From: Tubulanus polymorphus
Taxonomy: Eukaryota > Animalia > Nemertea
Direction: 5' to 3'
Length of the DNA: 64,000 nucleotides
NCBI RefSeq assembly: GCF_964204645.1
Contig: NC_134026.1
Location: 29,546,150 to 29,610,149 of the forward strand
Of this stretch, positions 12,593 to 24,985 are shown piece after piece. How positions within the stretch are numbered: position 1 is the stretch's first letter; each line of letters opens with the position of its first letter. The notes under the pieces were generated by a model. That model was given only the letters and a program-made list of their open reading frames with translations. It had not been told where the DNA came from and ran no database searches. The position numbers and the translations under genes were made by a program.

Positions 12593-13319
12593 ATTGCTAC
12601 GGATGCTTTCGGCCCGTGTTGTATGCGGTGGTAATGTCCTGTTCTCACTGTATTGTCCCATGGCGCCCTCTACATAGCCGCCATCTTGAAACGGTGTTCT
12701 GGTACACCACTGACTAACCAGTTTTTCTGGGTTTTTTTTTTAGGCCATATAGGTACGTAGGCATTTTTATGTACGTATGCTTTTTGTAAGTTCTAATTGT
12801 ACAGTTGTGTAAAATGTTTGATAAGTTGCCAAATTATATGTAATCATACACTTTAGATTATTTATCTCCGGACGGGCGCTTACACATCTCATCAATTCCT
12901 TAAAGATAGACTGTGGACCCGTCTTATTACTAGGCCTACTACTTCACTATATTGTCTATTTCAACTTTGGGGTAACTTAGTTCAACCCCATTTAATGAAG
13001 ATTTTTTGTAACCCTTCGATACAGTGTAAAATTGGATTGCCAGTTCAAGTTCTGCCAGTTTGATTCTGGTTGTCCTGACCCAATCACCTGAATGAATCGT
13101 TCAGGGGGCTGGTATCTGTAGCACTCCCCTAGACTCTTGAAACCTTGTTAAGTTTTAACAAAAATAAGTAAAAGATTAAGAATCAAACCATTTGCATTGT
13201 TTCATTGTCTGTCATAGAATTTCGGTATTTTCAAGGTGGTGACACTGGCAACAGCATCGACTCGCTTCCTACTTCATCGAGGAGAAAATATTAACACAAA
13301 TTAGACTGACACCGATACA

Positions 13320-16300
13320 ATGGACAAATATCATGTGCTGGACCTTATTGGAGAAGGTTCTTTTGGACGTGTTTACAAAGGTCGAAAGAAATTAAGTGGA
13401 CAGGTAAATAAATAGATAAAGTCAACTCAGTTAAAGTCGTCATTGGATGTGTCGTCACAATCATCTCTATTTTTGAGTCCCAATTCAACAGTTGGAGAAT
13501 TAGTAGATTCAATAAAAGTAACTCGTAATATGGATGAGAAATAGAATTAATGGTCATCTCAACTACGATAAAGCTACAATAGTGAATTAGTAGCATACAC
13601 ACACCTCTGTACATCTATTTTAAATACATTATACCTGAGGCTCTATGGCGTTTAAGCCCACAGTGGAAATAAACAATTAATTAGAATATAAGAATTTACA
13701 CCGATGGGTATGACAGTATCGCATTTAGAATATATTGAGGGTGTATGCGGCACCATGTGAGTTTAGTTTAAGTTGGCGTGATTTTATGGTCCAAAAAAGA
13801 ATAATGATGGGTTGTAGTTAATTTACTGATGAATGATCATGAATTGTGGAAGATAAATTATGATGCTCCTCTAGCCAATGCTTAAATATCTTTTGGTTTT
13901 TCCAATAAAAGTTAAGTTTGTATCATGAAAACATGAGAATTTATAGACAATTACAATGACTTGCAAGTTTTTAGATGTATTATGTTTGAAAGTTGATATC
14001 TACAATGATCCGTTGTTTGTATTGTTTGTATTTCATACACAGGTTGTTGCTTTGAAATTCATTGCTAAAACCGGACGTTCGGAAAAAGATCTGAAAAACT
14101 TACGTCGCGAAATCGAGATAATGCAAGGTCTACATAATGATAATATCATTCAAATGTTGGATAGTTTCGAGACGGATAAAGAAGTGGTAGCTGTGACTGA
14201 TTACGCTGAGGGTGAATTGTTTCAAATACTTGAAGATGATGGCAGTTTACCCGAGGAACAGGTATCACATCATTCATTCTGCCGCCTGTACCCACCATAA
14301 CCTAAAATATTCACTATTTGACCGGTGAAGTCTAGAAGATCTGATTTTAATATTTCTTAACTTTGGGTGTCATCAGGTGGCCACCCTTTTTATTTGTACA
14401 TCTCCCCTCAGCCACTACCTGTTAAAATATCTGCTGCCCCTCTACACATTAAGTTGATGTCAATGAGCAATTTCTATTGATGAGTTCATCCCTGAGTAGG
14501 ATGGTGATGGCAGCAGATTCAGCATAATTATGTACTGTTTTCTTTTTTTAGAAAACCCCCAAACCACTAGCAAAGCTTGCATCCACAATGTTACTTGATA
14601 GTGAATGTGGCCCCTCTTAAAATTCTTAAAATATGGACAATTCAATTATATTATGATAGACAGAGGTGTATGGTCATCCCTATTACGTACGGTATTACGA
14701 GTTATTAGCGAATGTACTGTGTATTTATTGTATAGGTTCAAGCGATCGCGTGTCAACTCGTATCAGCGTTATATTATTTACACAGTCATCGAATTCTACA
14801 TCGAGATATGAAACCTCAGAATATATTACTTGGTAAAGGAGGAGTCGTAAAACTGTGTGATTTCGGTTTCGCGCGCTCTATGAGTATGAATACATTAGTT
14901 CTTACTTCTATCAAGGTAAATTACGATCGTTCTCATTCTTTCAATACAAATGAATTCGCATCAATTCTGATATTTATTTTGTTAATTACAATTCGTTTTA
15001 GGGAACGCCGTTGTATATGTCGCCTGAACTGGTTGAAGAACAACCGTATGATCATACAGCAGATCTCTGGTAGATATGTTAAAATTCTTTTAAAATATTC
15101 TTCATCAACTCAAGGGATCTGGATTGAGTTGCTCAAAAGTTGATTAAAGATAGCCATCACTTTAGATACCGCCGTAAAGAACTTTTAATTGTCAATGTCA
15201 ATTACCCACAGCTGCGACTAACTTTTAAGCATACGACATAAACTGACCCCAATTGTTGAAGAGTTGGTTCAAGTTAACCATCAAAAAGATACTATAGTGT
15301 CAATGCAATTATAGTTGTTACTATGTCAGTTATTTCCACAGGTTGCAATAACTGGCGGCCCTTAGTGTTTTGTAATGTTTTATGATTGTGATCCTTGATT
15401 CCTTTTCAATATTTACTACTTTTATTACATTGTATTAAGGAATGTGTTAAAACCCATTTATTTCTAGGGCTCTCGGTTGTATTCTGTACGAGTTGTTTAC
15501 CGGAACGCCACCATTTTACACGAATAGTATATTTCAATTGGTCAGTTTGATCATCAAAGATCCTGTTAAATGGCCCAAAAATATGTCTCCAGTTTTCAAA
15601 GATTTTCTGCAAGGATTGTTAACGAAAAACCCAAGAAATCGTTTACAGTGGCCCGACCTTTATCAACATCAGTTTGTAGCAGATGGAGTTAAAGGTATTT
15701 AGAATTTTGCGATAATCAAATTTCGTGTGAAAGCAAAAGGTTTTCTTAACTTTTTTGATTAAAGTTTCTGAGGAAGATAAGAATTTGTTGAGTCCATTTA
15801 CGACACCTCCGACAGCATCAGTTGTATTAGCTAAAGAAAAACAAACTAAAGAGAAAGCTCATCCTCCCGGAACATCGAAAATTCTTAGCAAAGCAAGACG
15901 TAAAGCCGCAGAGGAAGATGCTAAAAGGGTATGTAGTAACACGCCTTACTTCTGAGTTAGAATAAAGCTTGAAATTTTTTCAAATATTCGATGGTTTAAA
16001 AAATCTTTTTAAAGACAAAAACAAGAAAAGTTGAATCGGCTGGAAAAGAACGAAATGATGAGAAACAACATCCAGCAACAACAGCAGCAGCAGCGGCAGT
16101 AGCAGTAGTGCCCCCTCAGCCACAATCCGAGAAAGTGACGACTGATTGGACTAAAACTGGTGTCAGTCAGGTAGGATTTTATCATTCTAGAATTCAATCA
16201 GTAGATCTCGTGGTTGATAGGTGTAAATTGTATGTTTATATATTGCTATGTATTTGTATAGGCTGTAAACCCGACCCCGCGTCCTGATAGAATCAGTAAA

Positions 16301-19300
16301 GACTACGCACAGGAATGTCCGAGCATCGAAATAGAAAGTAGGAAAGTCATAAAAAAATCTTCAAAAGACCATCAGAAAACTATCGAGAATGTGAAGTTAG
16401 ACGGTGAGGTAGGTTTATTGGGTTTCTTTCAATTTCAGATGAAATTCTGTTTAGAACATGTAAACAAGGTCCCTACAACTCCTTGATTCCTCAATAACTC
16501 CTTCTAAACAGAAAATGCTTTTAGGTGCTTGAAACTCTAACTTTACGGTAATTTGAGCAGAATATCAGAAATTCCTTTAAAACTTCAATTTTGAGAAATA
16601 GGAATTGGAAATGTTTGGAGTTGCACAGTACTCTATGCCTAAGTCGGTATAGTTGGTACCAGGATTTTTTTTACCCAATAAGGCAGTATTAGAAACTGAG
16701 ATTAGGTAGTGTAAAGGATAAAAATTAATTTGCTTACAAAACCACTGAATTACCGCGTTACCAAGATAAACAGTACTGATTCAGGAGGAGTCTCTTATGA
16801 TTCGGATATGAAAGTGATGCAGACCCGAAATATGAAATTTTGTGCTTGAAAACTCAAGGTGGTTAAGTGTTTAGTTGTGTTTGTTGTTTGAAGGATGTTG
16901 ATTCAGATGATGAATGGCAGGGTTACGTAGATCTGACCGACGTAGCGAATGAACCTGATCCATCAATGGCTTTAATGGACGATCAGAAATTTGTTAATCG
17001 TCTCCAAACTCGTTTGAATAAAGTATCGGCGCAGGTTCTTGAAGGGATGCTAGATGGCGCTTCGAAACTGCGTCCAATGTCGAAAATCATCACTAATCTT
17101 ATAACGCTAAAATGGTGGGTATTCTAGTGCATTAAACTCTGCCTTATTTGGTTAGTGCAGAGACTAAATATTTCACTTGAGAGTTGAGAACTGTCGGAAT
17201 AGACGGTTCAGAGTGAAATTCAGTAGATTACAAATTAATTGGTCATACCGAATAAGGTGGAGTCAACTGTTGTAAATATAGTTTGCAATAAGCTTTTATA
17301 AGATATGTGTCATGAAACATCTGATAATGAAACTTAACTCAGATTACTGACTGTACCAAACACATGCTGGTAATAAATAATCTCTTTATAGCGATCTCAA
17401 TATTTTGACTAAGTTCATGAAGTGTATTGATATTCCTGGTCTACCATACCGTCTACTCAGCCAAATACTCGATAGCGCCAAGGTTAAACAGGTAAATGTT
17501 TAAATAAATCTGGTGATTTATTGAAACTAAGCAACTTTGATATACTGTTTTGATTTACAATCACTGATCATTATTTCACAGCAACCGTGGTGTCAACAGA
17601 TCCTACTCGACCAAGTCATAACTTTAAACGCTTATTTCGCCAGTGAAATAGTATGGAATGAAAGCGCTGATAAAGCGTGGTAAAAGAAATGGAAATATAT
17701 CTTCATATAAACACTGAGTGGTGCTTGGTTTGTATCATGATTGAATCTCTTATTATTTCAGTCTGCAGGCGTATTATGACATGGCTATAAAGTTTTTACA
17801 GCTATGTCCTAAACTGCTTGGCCAGAAATTAGATGAGGATTTGAAACTCCAGGAGCAAACGATACTCGTGAGTTTTCACACAACAATTACTAGAGCTACA
17901 GTTGTGTTCAATTTCATCGCATGAATTGTATGATATTTTGTCGTTTTAGTGTATAATATATCTATGTGAGACGCTAGAAAGAAGTCATTCTCGATCAGAT
18001 ACAGCGAATAAATTCTTCAGTTCAATCGCTTCAAAAGCAGGAAATGCGTTAGAAGCGATTTTGAATTGTACAATGGCTGACAGTTCAAAACTGAAAAAAC
18101 TGGAAGGTAAACATTATATTGTTGTACAGTACTCTGCCTTATTCAGCAGCATTGGGACTGCTATACCTAACAGAGTTGAGAATCGAGGAAATAGAAAATG
18201 AATTTGAGTAAAATTCACTGAATTTCCCGGGTAACTAAGTAAGGCAGAGTTGACTGTTTTATTCATTGCTATCGAGTGATGTTTTCCTGCTATTTATCAT
18301 AGAATTTCAATTACTGTTTGTTTGCAGAAATAGCGGGTAATTCAGAGCTGGCGAACAACAGATTGAATGACATGACATCTCTAGCAATCGCGGGCCTCGC
18401 ATCATTGTGTCACTTCCCGCATGAGGCTGATATTGGTTTACAAGGTAAACGCAAGGTGGCGCTCTATGTGGGTGAATTACTCAGCGAGAAACGCTTGTTG
18501 AAAATCACGGATTGCTATCTGAATCTGATCAGTAGAGAGGATACGTGTAGTTCGGTATTAAAGGTCGTCTATTCCGCTTGTCAGATGTCAAGTAAATTCT
18601 GTCAATTCATCTGCAATAAACGAGAAATCATGCAGAAGATCATTGATATTCTGCTCGGGAAGGTGAGTTATCGAATAGTGCGTTGATCAGTCAAAAATCA
18701 CAGATATTATTTGACTTATTGCTGTATTTGATATTCTTTCTAGTTGGAGATCGCTGATATGGAATTGAATACAATACTAGAGATGGTTCTTCATATACTC
18801 AGTACTGTAGTTGTACAATTACAACTGGTCCCTACAGTGTAAGGACTGAATTCATGAACACCCAGTGAAATAAACCAAAAATACCCAAAAATTACAGCTC
18901 AGTCAGTGTTTTTATTTGATTTTTTGTAGGCTCGCTGAAAATGCCGGATTGATAGTTTCAATATTCCTGGAATCGCAGATCGCTAGTCACACAGTAAGAT
19001 ACATGAATCTAAAATTTGAATCTGAAACAAACAGCAATCGGTTTGACTTAACTACTATTTGTTTTTATAGGCTGCGTCAGCTTTGTTATTTAGTCAACTG
19101 ATTTATTGCGGTTGCGCGGTTGAAGTTCAACCAGAGGAAATGTTGATGGCTGCATTATCAAGTTTTACTGATTTAACCCAGGTATGCGCTCATATAGTAC
19201 TTAAATACAACATGTTATCAGCGAATATTGAACTTTTTTACCGGTGATTTGTATTTTATAGATTCTTGTACGTTGTCCATTTGACTATGGAATATTTGAT

Positions 19301-22300
19301 GGTGTTTTGCTGCTTATGTGTCAACTGTTGATGCAGGTATTATGCTTAACTCAATCCCGTTGAATTCACCAGCTTAGTTTCCCTCACTAGGCCTTGTTTT
19401 TCAAACCGGGTTATACAGTTCATATATATCCAGTAAATGAAAACAATTTGTACTCAGTCCACGAAGTATTATTATGATAAGAGGCCGTTCAAAAAGTATG
19501 CACAATTTCATGCATTTTATAACAAAGGATGAAGTGGCCAACCTTGACATTTTCCAGGGAAGTAACCTTGCTACTGTGTTGTGATCTATTCCAGGCAGAA
19601 GGTCCGATAGCTCGTGCTATATTAGACTGCGGATTATGGACGATACTGTGGCATCGTCTTGTACAAATGTTACAAGTTCGAAATCCGGATACGAATAAAC
19701 CGATACACGATATAGAAGCAGACGAACAGATCGATGTAACGTGTATGCCTGACTGGGGTTTAATATCACCTCAGGGATTGTTAGCTTCTTTACAGTTAGC
19801 AGTTAGTGTTTTCACTAAGGTAAATGATTTATTCCGTTATCAGTTCTGCGTTACCGGTACCGGATGTGATATGTGTTTTTGTGACGCTGTGAATATTTTT
19901 GTAGGAATCGCATCATTGTGTACCAGCTATGGCTAAATCTGATTCTATAGTTACTCTTACTCTCATGTATCTCATGTCCAAGGAATTTCTGGATCTTTTA
20001 TGTAAAAGGTAAACCCGATGCTTATGCATTTATTGAATTCTGTCTCTATTGTCCCTAACTCTGAAATTCATATTTTCAGTCCTGTAACGGCGGATAATGG
20101 CAAACAGTTAGCTAATGATATACTACTAGAAGCTTGTCAACTGATTTGTTTCCCATTTGCTATTGACATCGAGGATGAGTTACTAATGGAAGTTTACAGG
20201 TATTCTCAATTCTCAGACATTGATTAATCATCGTTTATGAATAGATAATGATAATTTTCATACTCGATTCTTGTTTCAGTGCATTGTATAAGTGTAATTT
20301 TGTGCCGAAGTTACTTCAATCATGTCAGAACTATGTGAAAACTGAACAGTTAGAGATGCCGATAGGAATCATAGCTCGTTTGGTGCTCGGCGATATAGCG
20401 TTTGTTGATCAATTCGCCAGTTCAGTTCAAACGCTGAATGTAAGTTGAAATACATCCGCAACCGTTTAACACGGCCAGAATTCAGCCAGAGTTTAATAAA
20501 ATATTCACTTGACTCGTTTTTTAGGCGACGGAATACTTCTTAGATATAGTAGGTGGTAATTCAGTAATATCAGTTATCAGTGATTTGGTGTCGATCTTCA
20601 GCCATCTCTGTCGGTGTTCACCTCAACACGCTGATCTTGTTATAACCATCGTTCAAGGAAATAAAGGTATTTCCAATCAGTCACTTCTTACTAAAGAAAC
20701 TGCTGTTCGGGTCGCCTGATTTCCAACATGCTCTTGTTTTACAATTTTAGGTGATTTTTTCCCGTTGTTGATTTTAATGCAGCACAAATCAGCGGTGATT
20801 CGATCGAGGATGTTTAATATGATTGGAAACATAATGAAACATTCAGACAGTTTCTATACTGTACTACGTGACCGGTAGGTTCAACCGAAACCACCAATGT
20901 TTACGGCTGATTCAAGACATTTGATTCGAGACTCATGTTTTTGTATTACTTTCAGCGAAAGAATCAGATATTTTCTGTTGACGAGTCTCGATGACGAGGA
21001 TGTCACAATACGCAAGGTAAAATTAGAAATTTTTATTCCCCATCTGATGTCTTCACATGAGCGCTTAAACCTTTCCTATTCAAATTATTTTACAACCTGT
21101 AACAACTCAGCCAATGCGCCGGTGAATATTGGTCACGATGAAATAGGTTGCAGTTAGTTACTTATTGTTATAATAATTCGAATCGAAAAATTGTTTAAAT
21201 TTATTCATTCTCCATGTTTACTGTTAATGATTCTATTTCATTTACACAGAGTGGTGTATACGCCATGGGAAATGCTTGTTTTCACAATGATACGTTGTAC
21301 TCACATTTACAACCAATGATTCCTAAACTTGTTAAAATGCTTCACGATCACAACAGTAAAATCAGATGTCATTCAGCGAGTAAGTATTGGTACCTTCACT
21401 CTGAACTCAGTTTTAAATCGATTTATTTCTACGTTCATGCGATGCTGGGACGAATCCAGGCCGGAAGAAAGGGGGTTCACCTCATATGAAAAGTGTTCTT
21501 AATAGTCGTGGCAGGTGTGAAATGCTTGCAGGGGTCATCCCTAAGAAAAACTGAAAGTTTTTGGTGCATCTATATGCAATTTTAGTTCATGTTAAATCAG
21601 GATCAATACAGTAGATTATATGAAGTGGATTTTCAAAAGGGCACTCAGTCAGAAAATGGGCAGTGGGTTCAAACCCCCCTGAAAGATCCTGTGGATCCAC
21701 CGTGTAGAATCAACCCCCGCTAAACTGATGAAGGACCATACTCTCACCGCCGAAATCCTCAATCACTGATGTAGGCGATTTATCAGGGCCAAGATTTTAT
21801 GTTAACTCTTAAGCCTAATGGTATTTCTGACACGTTCTTGCATTTTCTTTATCTACCACAATACTAATGCTATTTATTTGTTTCAGGTGCCCTTGGTAAT
21901 CTGGGAATGCATTCAAATAAGTTATCCGAATCATTGATCAAACACAAGGTTCCCAATAGGTATATTTAATTTTCATACTCACAGTCCAGTCTCTCGTCTA
22001 ATCGATGTCATGTTCATTTATCTTGTTTCTGCTTTTGAAGTTTGCTCGAGAAATGTTGTCATGACAATAGTTCAGAGGTACAGGAATGCTGTCTCACCGC
22101 TTTACGCACTTTATCGGATATTCCTGAAATACGTCAGGTAAGAGCCCTCTATCCATTATTTAATGAACTACAATGGAACCCCAATACCCAATATACTGCC
22201 CACGTTTGTGATAAAGGATTTTGCCCGTATAGAGTAGTGGTATAGTATGCCGATATATCAGGGTTTATTTCAATTAGTTCAAAGACAAAACACTTATGTT

Positions 22301-22557
22301 TCATTCCCAGGAAAAACCTGGTAGTTATCAAGTTTGGTATATGAGGGGTTGACTGTATGTCTCTGGTATCTTCACGCCTTTTGTTGGTTTGCTTGTAGGC
22401 ATTAAACCGAATTGGAGCTCAGGATAAATTATCGCAACTTGTCCATACGTCAACTCCACGTCCATCCACTGGAGGGAGCCACCGTTCAGTTTCGGCATCT
22501 GCTATACCACAACACTGTGGACGTCTTATTCAACAACTGAAAGCCATTCGAACTTAA
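13320..22557 (+). CDS. STK36: Serine/threonine kinase 36 (Fused), multi-exon: N-terminal kinase plus C-terminal HEAT/ARM-like helical region
   Basis: [80 protein letters not shown]-terminal exons such as [16 protein letters not shown]. Stop TAA at 22555-22557. Confidence 0.95.
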
Positions 22558-23329
22558 ATTGATTATTATTCTGATTCATGGCCCTGTTCAGTAGTTAGTC
22601 CTTGGTAAAAACATTAAAATGGATTAATTTTAACTTATGAAGTCACATTTAACTGTAGAACTCGGTCCTGATGTATAAGAATATGTTGCATTTATCATCA
22701 GTTTTGTATTGTATTAATGTGTGACCTGCAGTGAATGATTTTATTATGTTATATGTAGTTCTCTGTAGTTAGTGTAGTTGCCCCTGTCATGGTTGGTCAG
22801 ATCTATGTTCAAACTGCTGCCTGGAATTGAACTGTGTTAAGATATGTTAACCTGCTGTGCGGTGTTTGTACTTAACTTTCCGTCCATGAAACACATTCCA
22901 TCGCTTAAAAACTTTCCAGTTATTCCCTTCCAGTTTTCAAGAATATCAAAACTTTGGGGAAATCTCTGCAAATATTTGAGCAGAATTATTTTCTGTGTTA
23001 TTTTGATTATTTGTATTGTAGTGCTGGTCACAAAATAAACATGTAGGTAAACTTTACCACCAATAATTCAATTTGTAGATTTATTTCTTCGATTTTTGGA
23101 GGTGTGGTGATTAACATGAGTTAGTACTGATGCATTATTTCTTCAAAAAACTGCAGCTAAGCTTCCAGGATAGGAAGGACTTAGGGCTTAACAATAATGA
23201 AAAGAATATCAATGTTGTCGAGCATTACATTTAGCATGACTTGGCATCCTCTGGGATTCGATCGGCTGGCATCAAGACTACCACATGTTGGTACCACCGT
23301 ACTGTCACGGGGAAATTCGCAAACCGATA

Positions 23330-23850
23330 GAAAACTACCGGATAATATGGGCTTAATTCCTTTTAGAAAGATATCCACAAGAAAACTACAACAACCGGAT
23401 AATATGGGCTTAATTCCTTTTTGAAAGATATCCACAAGAAAACTACAACAACCGGATAATATGGGCTTAATTCCTTTTAGATAGATATCCACAAGAAAAC
23501 TACAACAACCGGATAATATGGGCTTAATTCCTTTTTGAAAGATATCCACAAGAAAACTACAACAACCGGATAATATGGGCTTAATTCCTTTTAGATAGAT
23601 ATCCACAAGAAAACTACAACAACCGGATAATATGGGCTTAATTTCTTTTAGAAAGATATCCACAAGAAAACTACAACAACCGGATAATATGGGCTTAATT
23701 CCTTTTTGAAAGATATCCACAAGAAACTACAACAACCGGATAATATGGGCTTAATTCCTTTTAGAAAGATATCCACAAGAAAACTACAACAACCGGATAA
23801 TATGGGCTTAATTCCTTTTAGAAAGATATCCACAAGAAAACTACAACAAT
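23330..23850. repeat. Minisatellite, about 9 copies of a 57-bp unit
   Basis: GATAATATGG at 23341, 23398 and onward. Unit: AGAAAACTACAACAACCGGATAATATGGGCTTAATTCCTTTTAGAAAGATATCCACA. Confidence 0.95.
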
Positions 23851-24985
23851 TGTCAATAATACCATGCAAAATGATTTTATTGAATTTTCAAACAAGGCAT
23901 CGTCCAAATTTTACAACCACGCATTTTTCGTAAACTAGAAAAATTGAAGCTATCCATGGAAAGAAATTATGAATTTATGCGGAACCAATTTATTTAGCAG
24001 AATTGGAAATGAAGACGGAATGTTTATTCTAAAGATATGAACACACGAGGCATTTTAAAATGACATTGTCCTTGAATCGAGTCCAGACAGCCACTGTGAC
24101 CCCTAAAACAGTTTCATGTCCGAATGACACGGCGACAAAGATATAGAAGCAACAATTGCAAAGTTCTCAATACCAATTTTGATTACACGTATTTACAAAA
24201 ATTTGTCATAGAAAAAATAAAAAGTCGAATAAAGCACAAAACGCATCGTGAACAAACGGAAAACGGGCCGTTCCGGTTAATCTCGCACTCAGAAGATGGC
24301 GTTCTTTTGCATAAATACTTAAATCCAGCAGTTTTTAGTCGATAATTCTTCAAAGATTAGAAGCTTTCGTTGCCTAAGCTACGTACAATCGATCGGAGAT
24401 TCTAGTTGCTAAGTGATAGATGATCGAATACAACAATAGTAGAGCAAAGTATTTCTAATTCGATTTTATAAACCGGTTTGCATTTCATGCTGGCTACATT
24501 TTCGTCCGGAAGCTGTTGAAAATATTTATGGCTTTGAACGCTATAAATTATGTATAAATCATACAAAACCTTTACTTAAACACATCAATTACAATATTAT
24601 GTACAAATTGAATGTTTTGTACAGAGAGAGAGAGAGAAAGGATTCTCTTCATTACTATTATGTTTTTTCATTTGACATCTATTTTATAGTGATACAAGAC
24701 GACATTAATGCGGGAATGAGACAGGTATCCCCACCTGGTGGGAGGAAAATGAATCAATCGAGATTCAAGCTAACGACTATAATGAGACAAGGGCAGCGTC
24801 ACCAGCGCGACAACACGATGCGCACGCCATCTTGTGACAAGCACTAGAATAACTATATAAATTCAGCACAAAATATCCGATTATTAAACAAACTGTCTAT
24901 AAATTTTAAACAGCGCGATAACAATATTACAATCCGAGCTGGATCAATCTGCTCTTCATCCGTAGTAGCGACGAACGACGGATGT

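Larger units (their letters stand above)
3086..12719. mobile_element. 9.6-kb non-autonomous foldback-type DNA transposon (Mutator/Phantom-like) with tandem-repeat arms
   Basis: About 120 bp of unique outer TIR (3095 GTGGTGTACCAGAACACCG... mirrored, ending at 12710), with imperfect terminal 9 bp (GGTTGTTCG vs GGTTAGTCA). Inverted 64-bp arrays follow. Perfect 8-bp direct repeat AGTTTTTC at 3078-3085 and 12720-12727. Confidence 0.9.

Noticed and set aside
16070-16110. CAG-repeat or polyglutamine tract
   Set aside because: In the spliced STK36 frame it encodes a short low-complexity [11 protein letters not shown] linker.
23181-23933. 19-aa repeat ORFs (GIKPILSGCCSFLVDIFLK)
   Set aside because: These follow from the 57-bp period. 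A one-base deletion unit shifts the frame, and there is no splice or domain support.
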